64,000 bases of DNA from an uncultured Spirochaetota bacterium (GTDB taxonomy: Bacteria > Spirochaetota > Spirochaetia > SZUA-6 > CAVTHK01), in the NCBI GenBank assembly GCA_963734495.1, contig CAVTHK010000009.1, positions 1 to 64,000 on the forward strand. The letters are read 5' to 3'. The notes below the pieces were generated by a model. It was not told the DNA's origin and did no database searches. It worked only from the letters and a program-made list of their open reading frames with translations. Position 1 is the first letter of the stretch. Every line of letters begins with the position of its first letter. Of the stretch, positions 43,190 to 54,551 are shown piece after piece. A program made the position numbers and the translations under genes.

Positions 43190-43560
43190 ACCTTCTTGTC
43201 GACACCCACATGCTTCTCTGGTGGCTTGCGGACTCTCCCGAGCTCCCCGCGACGGCGCGCGAGCTGTTGATTGACACCGCCAACATCGTGCACGTCAGTG
43301 CCGCGAGCATCTGGGAGATTTCCATAAAGAAGAGTCTTGGAAAACTCAAAATCCCCGACACCTACCAGGATGCGATCGCCAGCCAAGGGTTTGTCGAGCT
43401 ACCGATGACCTGGGCCCACGCAGGCGCCGCCGGAGGACTGCCGCCGATTCATCGAGACCCCTTCGACCGTATGCTGATTGCGCAGGCAATCGCGGAAAGG
43501 CTTTCGCTGCTTACGGTTGACGTGGACGTGCGAAGATACGCTGTCACGACGGTTCCTTAG
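43186..43560 (+). CDS. vapC: VapC/PIN toxin
   Basis: LLVDTHMLLW, SAASIWEI, HRDPFDRMLIAQA. Confidence 0.92.
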   Translation: MNLLVDTHMLLWWLADSPELPATARELLIDTANIVHVSAASIWEISIKKSLGKLKIPDTYQDAIASQGFVELPMTWAHAGAAGGLPPIHRDPFDRMLIAQAIAERLSLLTVDVDVRRYAVTTVP

Positions 43561-43720
43561 AAACGACGGACCCGCGCGACAGATCTCGAGTTGAAGGCGA
43601 CACCCGCCGGCGCGAACTATCTGGCGTCCTCGGAATTCTCGAGCCGCCCCACGGCAGGAAGCAAGCAGCATCTCCAGCCTCCCCATTGCTCTCCGTGGAA
43701 TCGGTGATGGGGAGGCGTGG

Positions 43721-44386
43721 ATGGGAACGCTCTCGATCGGCAGGCTGCTCTCGGCCGAAAAGCCCCGCGACAAGCTGACGCGACTGGGCGTGACCGGCCT
43801 GAGCGATGCGGAACTGGTCGACCTGGTGCTCGGACGGAGCAGCGGTGCATCGCGAAGACCGTCTGCAGCGCACAAGGCAGTCGAGCTTCTGCGGGGCACG
43901 GGCGCTCGTGTGGGCCTCGAGCAGCTGCGATCCGTAAAAGGGCTCGGCCCGGCAAAGGCACGCTCGATCCTCGCGTCTCTCGAGCTCGCACGTCGCGTCC
44001 TGGCGCCCAAGGGACCCAAGCTCGAGTGCGCCCGCGACGTGTACGTCGTGGCCGACGGTTTGAGGTCAAAGAAGCAGGAACAGCTGGTGGTGATGACAGC
44101 CGACGCCGACGGCAACATGGTGCGAAGGCGCACGGTCTTCGCCGGAACGCTGGACCCAAGCATGGTACAGCCGCGGGATGTCTTCACCGCCGCGCTCTCC
44201 GATCGGGCGGCCTCGGTGTTCCTCGTTCACAATCATCGGCCCGGCAACGAGAGGCCGAGTGTTGCGGATGTCGCTGCGACTCGCCGCATCGTGCAGGCCG
44301 GCCGGGCGCTCGGCATCGAGGTGCGCGATCACGTGATCGTAACGACGAAGGGCTACTTCAGCTTCAGAGACCACGGTCTGATCTGA
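43721..44386 (+). CDS. radC: RadC / JAB-domain protein
   Basis: KPRDKL..LSDAEL, helix-hairpin-helix KGLGPAKA, PRDVF, HNH..PS..D, DHVIV. Confidence 0.9.
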   Translation: MGTLSIGRLLSAEKPRDKLTRLGVTGLSDAELVDLVLGRSSGASRRPSAAHKAVELLRGTGARVGLEQLRSVKGLGPAKARSILASLELARRVLAPKGPKLECARDVYVVADGLRSKKQEQLVVMTADADGNMVRRRTVFAGTLDPSMVQPRDVFTAALSDRAASVFLVHNHRPGNERPSVADVAATRRIVQAGRALGIEVRDHVIVTTKGYFSFRDHGLI

Positions 44387-44462
44387 TCATGCGGAGCGAG
44401 TGGAAGGCACTGCGCTGCGGCCCGAACTGCCGCAAGGATGCGGCTGCGGCAGCCCGCCGCGA

Positions 44463-44642
44463 TCACCCCTTCTGGGACTGCTCCCAGGCTTTGATCGCTG
44501 CCTCCGTGACAAAGCCGAGCGCAAGCGCGATCTCGCCGAAGCGGCGCTTGTCGCCGCCTTTCTGCAGCGCAAGCACCTTCTCGAGCTGGGCGGGTTGCAT
44601 CGCCCCCATCCGCACCAGACCGTCTCCCATCCGCTCGGCCAC
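44463..44642 (-). CDS. Stand-alone MshEN-type c-di-GMP-binding protein (59 aa, not in the ORF track)
   Basis: MAERMGDGLVRMGAMQPAQLEKVLALQKGGDKRRFGEIALALGFVTEAAIKAWEQSQKG; GAGGTGG RBS. Confidence 0.75.
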   Translation of the reverse strand: MAERMGDGLVRMGAMQPAQLEKVLALQKGGDKRRFGEIALALGFVTEAAIKAWEQSQKG

Positions 44643-44695
44643 GGGACACCACCTCAGGGATGCAGTATAGCACCGGCGCAGCCGATGACAGCGGC

Positions 44696-46045
44696 TCAGG
44701 CCAGGCGGCCTGCGACGAGAGCAGCGCCCACGGCCGCCTCTTCGCGGCTTTCAGGGAGGAGCAGGGGCAGGCCGAACACGGAGCGGGCTGCGGCCTGGAG
44801 CAGCGGGTTGCGGCGCAGCGCATTGCCCGTGCCGACCAGAGCGGTGCGCCCCTGCAGCGTCCAGGCAGGCATCATGTCGCGCAGGTTGCGGACGATGCCC
44901 TGGGCGAGGGCCCACGCGAGAGGTCCGAGACCCATGTTCGCGGCTGCGATGCCCTCGATGCGGCCGCGCAGAGAAGGATCGTGCCTCTCGGCCAGGAAGC
45001 TGGGGTACACGGCGAGCTCACCGGCAGCACCGGTCTCCCGAGCCTGCTCGCCCAGCTCGTTGAGCCGTGCGTAGATCTCCGCCTCAACGAGCGGGACGCG
45101 GCCGAGATCGCGCATCCAGGAGGCGGCGAGGTCGGCGAGCCACTTCCAGGCAGAGCCGGCTGAGAGGCTTGCGGCCACGGCGGCGTAGAGACCGTCGAGG
45201 TACGGGCGGTACTCGAAGCTCCCGGCACATTCCGCAAAGTCGACTGCGGCGCCCGCGGGGAGAACCGCGGAAAGCTGGCCGCCCGTGCCGAGGCTGAGGA
45301 GGAGCTGGGCGCGCGGCTCGCGCAGGGCCGCGGCGAGGGAAGCCTGGTTGTCGCCGATGCCGGCGGCAACGGGGATGCCGGCGGCCAGGCCCAACTCGCG
45401 GGCGGGGCCCGCAGCGAGGCTTCCGGCGCGGGCGCCGCACGCGAGCACCTCGGGGAAGAAGCGGCGCGGGATTCCGCTCGCAGCGATCGCCGTCTCGTCC
45501 CAGGCGAGCCGCCTGCGGTCGAAGAGGCCCCAGCTCGCGGCGTGCGTGGTGTCGGTCACGGGGAGCGGCAGGCCGCAGAGGCGCTGCACAGCGAGGTCGC
45601 AGATCGTGCAGGCAGCCGCCGCTGCTGAGGCCGTCTCGGCAGCGTGGGCCAACAGCCAGGCCATGGTTGCGGGGGCGAAGCCCGTGGAGAGGCGGTAGCC
45701 GGTGCGCTGCTCGAGCGCGGAGAGGAAGCCCGGGGTGCGCTCGCAGCGCTGGTCCTGCCAGGTGTAGAGCGGCGAGGCGGCGCGGCCCGAGCGGTCGACA
45801 AAGGCGAAGCCGTGCATCTGCCCGCTCGCGCCCACCGCGGCCACGCGGGCGCGGAGGCCCGCGGGCAAGCCGCGGACGAGCCGCCAGGCGGCGGCGAGCA
45901 TCGCTTCGGCGTCCTGCTCCGAGCGGCCCTCGGGGGCGGGGAGGTCGGCGCGGTGCGGCTCGGAGGCGGCCGCGAGCAGGGCGCCTCCGCGGTCGACGAT
46001 GACCGCCGCCACCTTGGTCGTGCCGATGTCGATGCCGAGGAACAT
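44696..46045 (-). CDS. FGGY-family sugar kinase (sedoheptulokinase-like)
   Basis: LGIDIGTTKV, SGQMHG, TWQDQR, GDNQAS, LGTGGQLS. Confidence 0.88.
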   Translation of the reverse strand: MFLGIDIGTTKVAAVIVDRGGALLAAASEPHRADLPAPEGRSEQDAEAMLAAAWRLVRGLPAGLRARVAAVGASGQMHGFAFVDRSGRAASPLYTWQDQRCERTPGFLSALEQRTGYRLSTGFAPATMAWLLAHAAETASAAAAACTICDLAVQRLCGLPLPVTDTTHAASWGLFDRRRLAWDETAIAASGIPRRFFPEVLACGARAGSLAAGPARELGLAAGIPVAAGIGDNQASLAAALREPRAQLLLSLGTGGQLSAVLPAGAAVDFAECAGSFEYRPYLDGLYAAVAASLSAGSAWKWLADLAASWMRDLGRVPLVEAEIYARLNELGEQARETGAAGELAVYPSFLAERHDPSLRGRIEGIAAANMGLGPLAWALAQGIVRNLRDMMPAWTLQGRTALVGTGNALRRNPLLQAAARSVFGLPLLLPESREEAAVGAALVAGRLA

Positions 46046-46107
46046 CGTGGCGACTGTCTCACCAATCGCGGAGCGAGCGCAAGCGCGGCGGCTATCGCGT
46101 GATCGAG

Positions 46108-46900
46108 CTATCGCGCCACCTTGCGCAGGCGCTTCGCAATGATCGCCCGCACGCGCTTGTAGGAGGGCGGCGGACCCGCGCTCACCTCCTTGCCGTCGAC
46201 GAAGAGGCCGCCCGAGGTGCCCCACTCCGCGGCCACGGCGGGCTCCCAGGTGTGGTACTCCTCGAAGGCGACGCGGGGTGCCGAGCTCGGCCGCGGCGCG
46301 GCGCGCCCGCTCGATCGTCATGTTCTGCGCGGGGCACCAGCCGTCGATAAAGGCGCTGACGGTGACGCGGCCGGGCGTGGGGGCGGGGACCTTCTTCTTT
46401 ATATGGTTCCATTGAGGAGGCTCGGCGTCGTCGGTGAAGCGCTTCCACAGCAGCACCATCATGCCCGTCCGGTCGGCGGGGACGTAGCCGTGCTTGCGGA
46501 ACCACGAGGCGCGCATGAACACGGGCAGCGCCAGGCCCCAGGCGGCCATGCCCTTGGCGCCGAGGGCGCGCGCGTCCGCCTCGGCCGCCTCCAGCAGCGC
46601 CGTGCCCATGCCGCGCTTCTGGAAGTTGCCGCGGCCTTTCCGCGGGCGGTGCACCCAGATGCAGTAGACGAAGTAGAGGCCCGAGCCGCGCGCGTCGGAG
46701 TGCTCGATCGGCAGGTACTGGATCATGCCGCCGATCGTGCCCGCGTCGTCGAGAGCGAGCTTGACGCGGAGGCCGCGCTCCTTGTTGCGGCGGTACCAGC
46801 GCTCCTTGTGATCGCCCGCCTCGCGGATCTCGTCGGACCAGTCCTCGAGGCAGACGAAGTAAAGCGTCTCGTCCTCCGGCCGCAGGTCGATGACGCGCAT
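46108..46900 (-). CDS. GNAT acetyltransferase with C-terminal thioredoxin-like part (YoaP-like; frameshift at about 46270)
   Basis: GMIQYLP, CIWV..QKRGMGTALL, GWCP, GLFVDGK. Confidence 0.8.
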
Positions 46901-47051
46901 GCCGACCTCCTATGACGTGGCGTCCTCGCCGCGTCCCAAGTCCCGAGTCATCGAGGGGCCCTCCGTGCGTCGCGCACGAGGCCAGCGTAGGACACCGCGC
47001 CGTCGGCCGCAAGGCGGCTCGGGGCCGGGCGGGGCCCTCGGCGGACTGGCG

Positions 47052-47246
47052 TCAGGCGCGGGCGCGCTCGAGGGCGAGCGCCTGCTCGAAGCGCTCGCGC
47101 AGAGCAGCCAGGGTGCGGATGGCGTCGGCGACCTCGACCGGCGGCTCCAGGCTCTCCCACAGCTCGCTCTGTGTAAAGCGCGGCAACTCGTGGCTGAAAC
47201 CAGGGCGCCGGGTGCGTGCGCGGCGTGCTGGGGCTCTTTTGACCAT
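47052..47246 (-). CDS. Small hypothetical protein (64 aa)
   Basis: AGGAG RBS; upstream TTGACT-17-TACTTT. Confidence 0.5.
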   Translation of the reverse strand: MVKRAPARRARTRRPGFSHELPRFTQSELWESLEPPVEVADAIRTLAALRERFEQALALERARA

Positions 47247-47321
47247 ACCCAGACTCCTGATACCATACAAAAGTATAGTATACGCGGCACGAAGTCAACT
47301 GCTTCCACTACAGAGAGAACG

Positions 47322-47382
47322 TTGACAACGGGGCGTGCTGCCTTCATACTTGCAAACGTTCCCAATTTCGGGAACGTTTGCA
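47322..47382 (+). promoter_or_regulatory. Promoter with two LacI-type operators
   Basis: TTGACA-17-CATACT, then TGCAAACGTTCCC-N6-GGGAACGTTTGCA. Confidence 0.75.
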
Positions 47383-47569
47383 GTCGGCCGCGGCACGGCA
47401 GCGAGGGCGGGAGAGCCTTGAAGGGCGAAATTGAAGGCGACCGCGTCGAGCCCTCGCCGGTCGCCGCCGCCCGCGCAACACGAGGCGAAAGGCCGGGAGG
47501 CCGCGGCGCGGCGCAGCGACCATCGGTATCCGCCGAGGCCCGCCGCGCGCCGGCCCGCAGGTGGAGGCG

Positions 47570-48656
47570 ATGGCAAACCCGCCCACACTCAAGCAAGTGG
47601 CCACCTCGCTCGGCGTCTCGATCAGCACGGTCTCGCGCGTCGTCAACGAGAGCCCGGACGTCAACCAGGCGACGCGGCGCAAGGTGCGGCGCGAGCTCAA
47701 GCGCCTCGGCTACCTGCCGAACCCGCTCGCCACGGCGCTCAAGACCGGCCGCGGCCGCATCGCGCACGTGATCGCCGAGAGCGAGGACCACGCGTTCATG
47801 ACGCCGATCCTCAGCGGCATCGCCTCGGCGGCGCACGAGAACGGCTACCGCGTCCTCCTGAGCACCATCGACTACGAGCAGAAGAGCCCCGACGGCAACG
47901 GCAACGGCGCCGGCATCGACGGCCGCCTCGTCGACGGGATCATCGTGATGCCCTGGTTCGAGCACAGCGTCGAGCTCGACTGGCTCACGCGCGGGGTCTC
48001 GGCGCCGGTGGTCTGCGTCTACGGCTACGCCACCGACCCGCGCCACACGAGCGTCGTCTCCGACGACACCGGCGGCGCGCGCCTCGCGACCTCGCACCTG
48101 GTGGACTGCGGCCGGCGGCGCGTCGGCCTACATCGGCGGCGTCAGGGAGTGGATTCAGTCGAAGCAGCGCTTTGCCGGCTACCGCGCCGCGCTCGAGGAG
48201 CGCGGCCTCGGCTTCGACGCGGCGCTCGTCGACCGTGGCGACTGGAGCCGCGAAAGCGGGTACGCGGCCTGCGCGCGGCTGCTGGAGCGGCTGGGGCGCA
48301 GTGGGCTGGACGGCATGTTCTGCGCCAACGACAAGATGGCCGCGGGCGTCATCCACTGCCTCTCGGAGCGCGGGCTCGCGATCCCGGACGACGTGGCGCT
48401 GGTCGGCTTTGACGACCGCGACCTCTGCCTGTTCGTGACGCCGCGCCTGACGACGGTGGCGCTGCCGCTGCGCGAGATGGGGCGGCGCGCCTTCGAGGTG
48501 CTGCTCGCGAACATCGGGGCGGAGCACGACGGGGGTCGTGACGGGAGGCGCGACGGTGGGGCGGGGGGCGAGGCGCCCGCGGAGCCGATCCGCGGTGTCG
48601 TCCAGGTTCCCTGCCGCCTCGTCGAGCGCGAGTCGACGCCGCGAACGTCGAAATAG
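47570..48656 (+). CDS. LacI family transcriptional regulator (frameshift at about 48130)
   Basis: TLKQVA..GVSISTVSRV, YLPN, FCANDKMA, IPDDVALVGFD, LTTV. Confidence 0.92.
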
Positions 48657-48689
48657 GGACGCGATCACGAAGGGGACAAGGAGAGCGAC

Positions 48690-50661
48690 ATGCACGTCGG
48701 CCTGCACAACACACAGTACGGACCCAAGGCGCGCTGGAGGCCGCTCGCCCCGGGCAGCATCAAGCTGCGCGAAGGCTTCTGGACCGCGCCGCAGCGCACC
48801 AACCGCAAGGCGAGCCTCAGGCACGGCTACGAGCAGCTCGTAAAGGCGGGCAACTTCCACGACCTCGCCGTCGCGGCCGGAAAGAAGAAGGGCAAGTTCA
48901 TCGGCAAGGTCTTCTGGGATTCCGACGTATACAAGTGGCTCGAGGCGATCGCGTACGAGCTGGCCAAGGAGCCCGACGCGGAGCTCCGCCGCATGGCCGA
49001 CGAGGCGATCGAGCTGATCGAGGCGGCTCAAGCGAAGGACGGCTACCTCAACTCCTACTACACCATCCCTCCCGACGGCACGGAAACGCGCTCCGGCTCG
49101 AGGGGCGCGGACGTCGAGATGGGCGACCCCGGGCGGCGCTGGCAGGACATCTCGCGGGGCCACGAGCTGTACTGCGCGGGCCACCTCTTCGAGGCCGCGA
49201 TCGCGTTCAAGCGCTTCCTGGGCGAAGACCGCCTGTTGAAGGTCGCCCTCCGGTTCGCGGAGCACATCGACCGCACGTTCGGCCCCGGCAAGCGGGCTGC
49301 GGCCCCCGGCCACCCGGAGATCGAGCTGGCCCTCGTCGAGCTCTACCGCGAGACGGGCGAGAAGCGCTGGCTGGACCTCGCGCAGTTCTTTGTCGACCAG
49401 CGCGGTCACGGCCTGATCGACCCGGGCATCCACGGCGGCCACGGCGGGCCGGGCGTCTTCCAGGACCACGTGCCCGTGCGCGACGCGAGCACCATGGAAG
49501 GGCACGCCGTGCGCCAGCTCTACCTCACGACCGGGGTCACGGACCTGTGGCTTGAGACCGGCGAGGCTGCGCTGCTGGACGCGATGCACCGCCAGTGGCA
49601 CGACGCGACGTACCACAAGACGTTCATCCACGGCGGGCTCGGGTCGATCCACACCAACGAAGCGTTCAGCGAGCCCTACGAGCTGCCGAACAGCCGCGCG
49701 TACTGCGAGACCTGCGCGCAGATCGCGAGCATGATGTGGAACTGGCGGCTGCTGCTGGGAAGCGGCGACGGTGTGTATGCGGACAGCTTCGAGGGCGCGC
49801 TGTACAACGCGTTTCTGAGCGGGGTGTCGCTCGACGGGACCGGGTTCTTCTACGTGAACACGCTGCTGTCCAAGGGCACCGACCCGGTGATCAGCCGCAA
49901 GCGCATCCAGCGCATGGCCTGGCCCTGGACGCCCTGCTGCCCGCCTAACGTCATGCGGTTTCTCGCGCTGCTCGAGCACTACGTGGCGACAAGCGGCGAG
50001 GGGGGGCTGCAGATCCACCAGTACATCCCGGCCACGATCGAGGCGGGCCAGGTGCGCATGACCATCGACACGCGCTACCCGTGGGACGGGGCGGTCAGGA
50101 TCTCGATCGAGAAGGCAGGCGGCGCGGCGTGGCCGCTCAAGCTCCGCATTCCCGGCTGGTGCGAGGAGGCGACGCTCACGGTCAACGGCCGGCCGGTCGA
50201 TGCGGCGCACCGCGACGCGGGCTACGTGACGGTGAGCCGGCCGTGGAAGGCGGGGGACTCGGTCGAGCTCGGCCTGCGCGATCGCCCCCGCGCTCTACGA
50301 GGCGCACCCGCGCGTCGACTCGGCGGCCAACGCGGTGGCGATCAAGCGCGGTCCCGTCGTCTACTGCCTGGAGCAGGCGGACCAGGCGCCGGGGGTGGAC
50401 GTGCTCTCCGTGCAGGTCGACGAGCTCGCGCCGCTGGCGAGCGAGTGGGCGCCTGGGCTGTTAGGCGGCGTGATGACGGTCGAGGCGCAGGGCTTCGTGC
50501 TCGAAGGCGACGCGTGGAAGGACACGCTCTACAGGAAGCTAGGTGAAGGCAGCGGCCCCGCGCGCCGCCCCGTGCGCCTCAAGGCGATCCCGTACTACGC
50601 GTGGGCGAACCGGGGGCCGAACGCGATGCGCATCTGGATCCCGAGGGCGAGGGTGCGCTGA
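48690..50661 (+). CDS. GH127 beta-L-arabinofuranosidase-like glycosidase (frameshift at about 50285)
   Basis: DSDVYKWLEA, HELYCAGH, GHPEIE, GHAVR, YCETCA, CCPPN, RGPVVYCLE, IPYYAWANRG. Confidence 0.9.
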
Positions 50662-53141
50662 TGAGAGTCGTGCCGCTTGGCCGCGTCCGCTCGCACACCG
50701 TGGACCGCAACACCGTTCACCTGCAGGTGGAGGCGGGAGGCACGCTGGTCCCGGTGGACCTCACGCTGTACGCGAACCGGCTGCTGCGGTACCGCCTCTT
50801 CCCGCGGCCTCCGCTGCACGACCTCGTCGAGCCGCAGGCCCTGGCCGCGGCCCCGCCGGTGGAGGCGCGTGCCGAAGGGGGCCGCCTCGTCGTCGCAGGC
50901 GGGGGGCTGCGCTGCGTGATCCAGCTCGACGCATGGAAGCTCGATCTCTTCGCCGACGGCGAGGCGAGGCCGCGGGTGAGCGAGCTGCCGCGCGACCTCG
51001 ACGCGCACGACGACCCGATCAGCGCGCCCACGGGGTACGTCGAGCGCGAGGGCAGACCGGGGCCCGACGGCACGCGGCTCAACCTCGCGCTCGACCCGGT
51101 GGAGCGATACTTCGGGCTCGGCGAGAAGCACACGGCGCTCGAGCGCCACGGCCAGCGCGTGGTCTGCTGGAACGTCAACCCCTACGGCGCGGGCCGCGAG
51201 ACCGCGTACAAGAACATCCCGCTGCTCGTGGGCACGCGCGGGACCGGGATCTTCCTGAACGAGACCTGCCGCAGCACGTGGGACATCGGCGCTGCGTCCA
51301 ACTTCTCATTGTCCATTGACGTCGACGGTCCCTCGCTCGACGCCTTCGTGCTGGTGAGCGACAGCTTGAAGGGCGTGCTGGCCCGCTACGCGGACCTGAC
51401 CGGCCGCGCGACGCTGCCGCCGCGCTGGGGCTTCGGGCTGTGGATTTCGCCGTTCGGCGAGCAGCGCCTCAGCAAGACGGGCCTCAACCAGGAGGACCTG
51501 CTGGGGCTCGCGTACCAGATCCGGGAGAGCGGGCTTCCGTGCGACGTGATTCACCTCGACCCGTACTGGATGGGCGACTCCTCCAAGATGTGCAGCTTCG
51601 AGTGGGACCGCGGGCATTACCCCGACCCGCCGGCGCTCGTGGCCGCGCTCAAGGAGAGAGGGTTCCGCGTGTGCCTCTGGGAGCACCCCTACCTCGAGAA
51701 AGGCAGCGCGATCTACGACGAGGCGGCCCGCGCCGGCTACCTCCTCAAGCGCGCCGACGACTCGGTCTACGACACGCACCTCGCGCTCGTGCCGCCCACG
51801 CGGCGCGCGGAGTACACCGAGAACTTCTACGCCATGGCGGGGATCGTGGACTTTTCCAACCCCGGCGCGGTCGAGTGGTACAAGGGCAAGCACAGGCCGC
51901 ACCTCGAGATGGGCGTCGCCGTGTTCAAGAGCGACTTTGGCGAGATGATCCCCGAGGACGCCGTGTTCGCGAACGGGCGCACGGGCCGCGAGATGCACAA
52001 CCTCTACCCGCTGCTGTACAACCGCGCGGTCTTCGAGGTGACCGGCGAGTTCCACGAACGGCCGATGGTGTGGGGGCGCTCCGGCTACGCCGGCAGCCAG
52101 AAGTACCCGGTGCAGTGGTCGGGCGACCCGCTGTCGGACTTCAAGAGCCTGGCCGCCACCATCCGCGCGGGTCTGAGCTACGGGCTTTCGGGCGTGCCGT
52201 TCTGGACGTTCGACCTCGGCGGGTTCAAAGGGCAGCCGACGACCGCGGCGTACATCCGCTGGGCGCAGGCGGGCCTGCTGCTCTCGCACTCGCGCTTCCA
52301 CGGCACGACGCCGCGCCTTCCCCGGCACTACGGCGAGGAGGCGGCCCGCATCATCCGCGACTGGGTGCGCCTCCGTTACCGGCTGCTGCCGTACATCTAC
52401 GCGACCGCCGCCGAGGCGGTGCGCAGCGGCCTGCCGGTGATGCGGGCGCTCGCGCTCGAGTTCCCCGGCGATCCGGGCAGCGTCGCGACGGAGCTCGAGT
52501 TCATGCTCGGGCCGTCGCTGCTCGTCGTCCCGGTCCTCGACGAGAGCGGGGAGGTCGCGGTCTACCTTCCGCCCGGCCTCTGGTATGACTACTTTACAGG
52601 TGAGCCCGCGCTCGACCGCGCGGGCAGGCGGTCGGAAGGACCCCGGTTGATCCAGCGCACGTGCACGCTTTCGGAGATGCCGCTGTACGTGCGCGAGGGC
52701 GCGATCCTGCCGTTCTGCGCGGACGACAAGACGGTCTCGGAGCTCTGGGACCCGCTGGGCGTCGAGGTCTATCCCTCCGGGGCCGACGGGGTCGTCGAAG
52801 TGCCCGAAGAGAGCGGACGCGGGGCCACGCGCATCGCGGTCTCGCGCGAGGGGGGTGCGACACTGGTGCGCGGTGAGGGTCCGCCGCGCGAATGGATCGT
52901 GGTGCTCAAGGGATTCGCCGGCGGCCGGCCCGAGGTGAGGCTGACCGCGCCGGAAGGGTCGTCCTGGCGGCATGACGCGGCGGCGCGGCTGCTGGAGATA
53001 CGGTGGCGAGGTGCGCTTCGTTCGAGGCGCGGATCGAAGAGAGGTGAGGGACGGCGCAGCGGCGCCGCACTGCAGGCAGGCATTCGGGCCTGGAAGGAGG
53101 GAGGACCGGCGAGGCAAGCCGGGGACAGGGATTTCAACTGA
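50661..53141 (+). CDS. GH31 alpha-xylosidase (YicI-like)
   Basis: YFGLGE, FKSDFGE nucleophile, WSGD, DLGGF, SHSRFHG. Confidence 0.88.
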   Translation: MRVVPLGRVRSHTVDRNTVHLQVEAGGTLVPVDLTLYANRLLRYRLFPRPPLHDLVEPQALAAAPPVEARAEGGRLVVAGGGLRCVIQLDAWKLDLFADGEARPRVSELPRDLDAHDDPISAPTGYVEREGRPGPDGTRLNLALDPVERYFGLGEKHTALERHGQRVVCWNVNPYGAGRETAYKNIPLLVGTRGTGIFLNETCRSTWDIGAASNFSLSIDVDGPSLDAFVLVSDSLKGVLARYADLTGRATLPPRWGFGLWISPFGEQRLSKTGLNQEDLLGLAYQIRESGLPCDVIHLDPYWMGDSSKMCSFEWDRGHYPDPPALVAALKERGFRVCLWEHPYLEKGSAIYDEAARAGYLLKRADDSVYDTHLALVPPTRRAEYTENFYAMAGIVDFSNPGAVEWYKGKHRPHLEMGVAVFKSDFGEMIPEDAVFANGRTGREMHNLYPLLYNRAVFEVTGEFHERPMVWGRSGYAGSQKYPVQWSGDPLSDFKSLAATIRAGLSYGLSGVPFWTFDLGGFKGQPTTAAYIRWAQAGLLLSHSRFHGTTPRLPRHYGEEAARIIRDWVRLRYRLLPYIYATAAEAVRSGLPVMRALALEFPGDPGSVATELEFMLGPSLLVVPVLDESGEVAVYLPPGLWYDYFTGEPALDRAGRRSEGPRLIQRTCTLSEMPLYVREGAILPFCADDKTVSELWDPLGVEVYPSGADGVVEVPEESGRGATRIAVSREGGATLVRGEGPPREWIVVLKGFAGGRPEVRLTAPEGSSWRHDAAARLLEIRWRGALRSRRGSKRGEGRRSGAALQAGIRAWKEGGPARQAGDRDFN

Positions 53142-53173
53142 ACTACCATCAACGAGGAGAAGGAGACCAAGCG

Positions 53174-54535
53174 ATGAGAAGAAAGATTCTCGTAGTGCTG
53201 CTGGCGCTGCTCGCGATCGCGGCGATGTCGTGGGCGAGCGGGCAGAAGGACATGGCGCGAGCGAGCGTCCCGGTGCCCGACAACGTGCAGTGGGTGATCG
53301 CGGACCGCATCGGCAACCCCAACGCGGGCGTAACCGATGAGCTACAGCGTGAGCTCACGTATTCGCACCAGACGACCATCCCCGCGCGCGTCGACTACCT
53401 GACCAAGGCTTCCACCGAGTGGGCCAAGACGCACACGAACTTCAAGCTGGTGCCCGGAGATCCAGAGCGGCACTCCTGACCAGATCTACCAGAAGATGCT
53501 GCAGCAGATGGCCAGCAATACGGCGCCGGACATCTTCCAGATCGACGGGATGTACGTGCCCCTCGCGTACCCGAACCTGACGCCGATCGACAGCTACGTC
53601 AGCAAGGACGAGCGTCAACGACTACTTCGACTGGGCTCGTAAGACGATGATCGACCCCAAGGACAACAAGCTGAAGGGTCTCTGGTTCACCACGAACGCG
53701 GTCGGCCTCTGGTACCGCAAGGACGTGATCCCGACCCCGCCCAAGACCTGGGACGAGTGGATCGCGACGGCCAAGGCCGTGCAGGCCAAGGGCTACAAGG
53801 ACGGCGTCCTGCTGCGCGGCTCATCGACGAGCAGGTTTCCTACGGGGCCGTCATGCCGATGTTCTTCGGGCTGGGCGGCAAGCTGGTCGACGACGCGGCA
53901 AGCCGATCTTCGGCGTGGGCAAGGACCGCGACGCGATGGTCCAGGTGATGGAGTTCTGGGCCCGAGGCCGTCAAGGAAGGCCTGCTCCCGCAGCGCGTGA
54001 TCGACGTCAAGGCCGACGGCGACATGGCCGCCGACGCCTCCAAGCCCAACCAGGTGTCGATGCTGCTCGCCGGGCAGCTGGGTCTACAGCGCGCTCAAGA
54101 ACGTGCTCAAGGACGACATCGACAAGTGGGACTTCACCTTTACGCCGCAGAAGACCGCGGACCTCAAGGGTCAGTGCGCGGGCGGCTACGTCTGGGGTTT
54201 CTTCACCAAGGACGCGAAGAAGCTCAAGGCCGGCATCGACTTCCTCCAGACGGTGTACACCAGCAAGGACGGCATGGCCGACTGGTGCTACATCGCGGGC
54301 TACACGCCGACGCGCAAGAGCGTCCTCGACGACCCCGCAGTTCAAGAGCGACAAGTGGCAGCTCGCGTTCGCGAACGTCGTCGCGGTGGCGCAGACGCGC
54401 CCCGGCGTCAAGTCGTACGGCATCATGAGCGTGAACTTGCAGAACGCGTTCCAGGCTGTCATCCTCGGCAGGGAGACGCCCGAGCAGGCGGTGGACAACG
54501 CCTACAAGAAGACGATGAGCCAGATCTCGAGCTAG
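53174..54535 (+). CDS. Sugar ABC transporter substrate-binding protein (several frameshifts)
   Basis: Signal MRRKILVVLL..SWASGQKD; APDIF, LWYRKD..PKTWDEW, GGYVWG, TPEQA. Confidence 0.85.
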
Positions 54536-54551
54536 GTACAAGGATGTACCT

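Noticed and set aside
44696-46900. 734-aa GNAT-sugar kinase fusion
   Set aside because: Created by an indel near 46270; the GNAT C-terminus continues in another frame to a stop at 46108 and the kinase has its own start at 46045.
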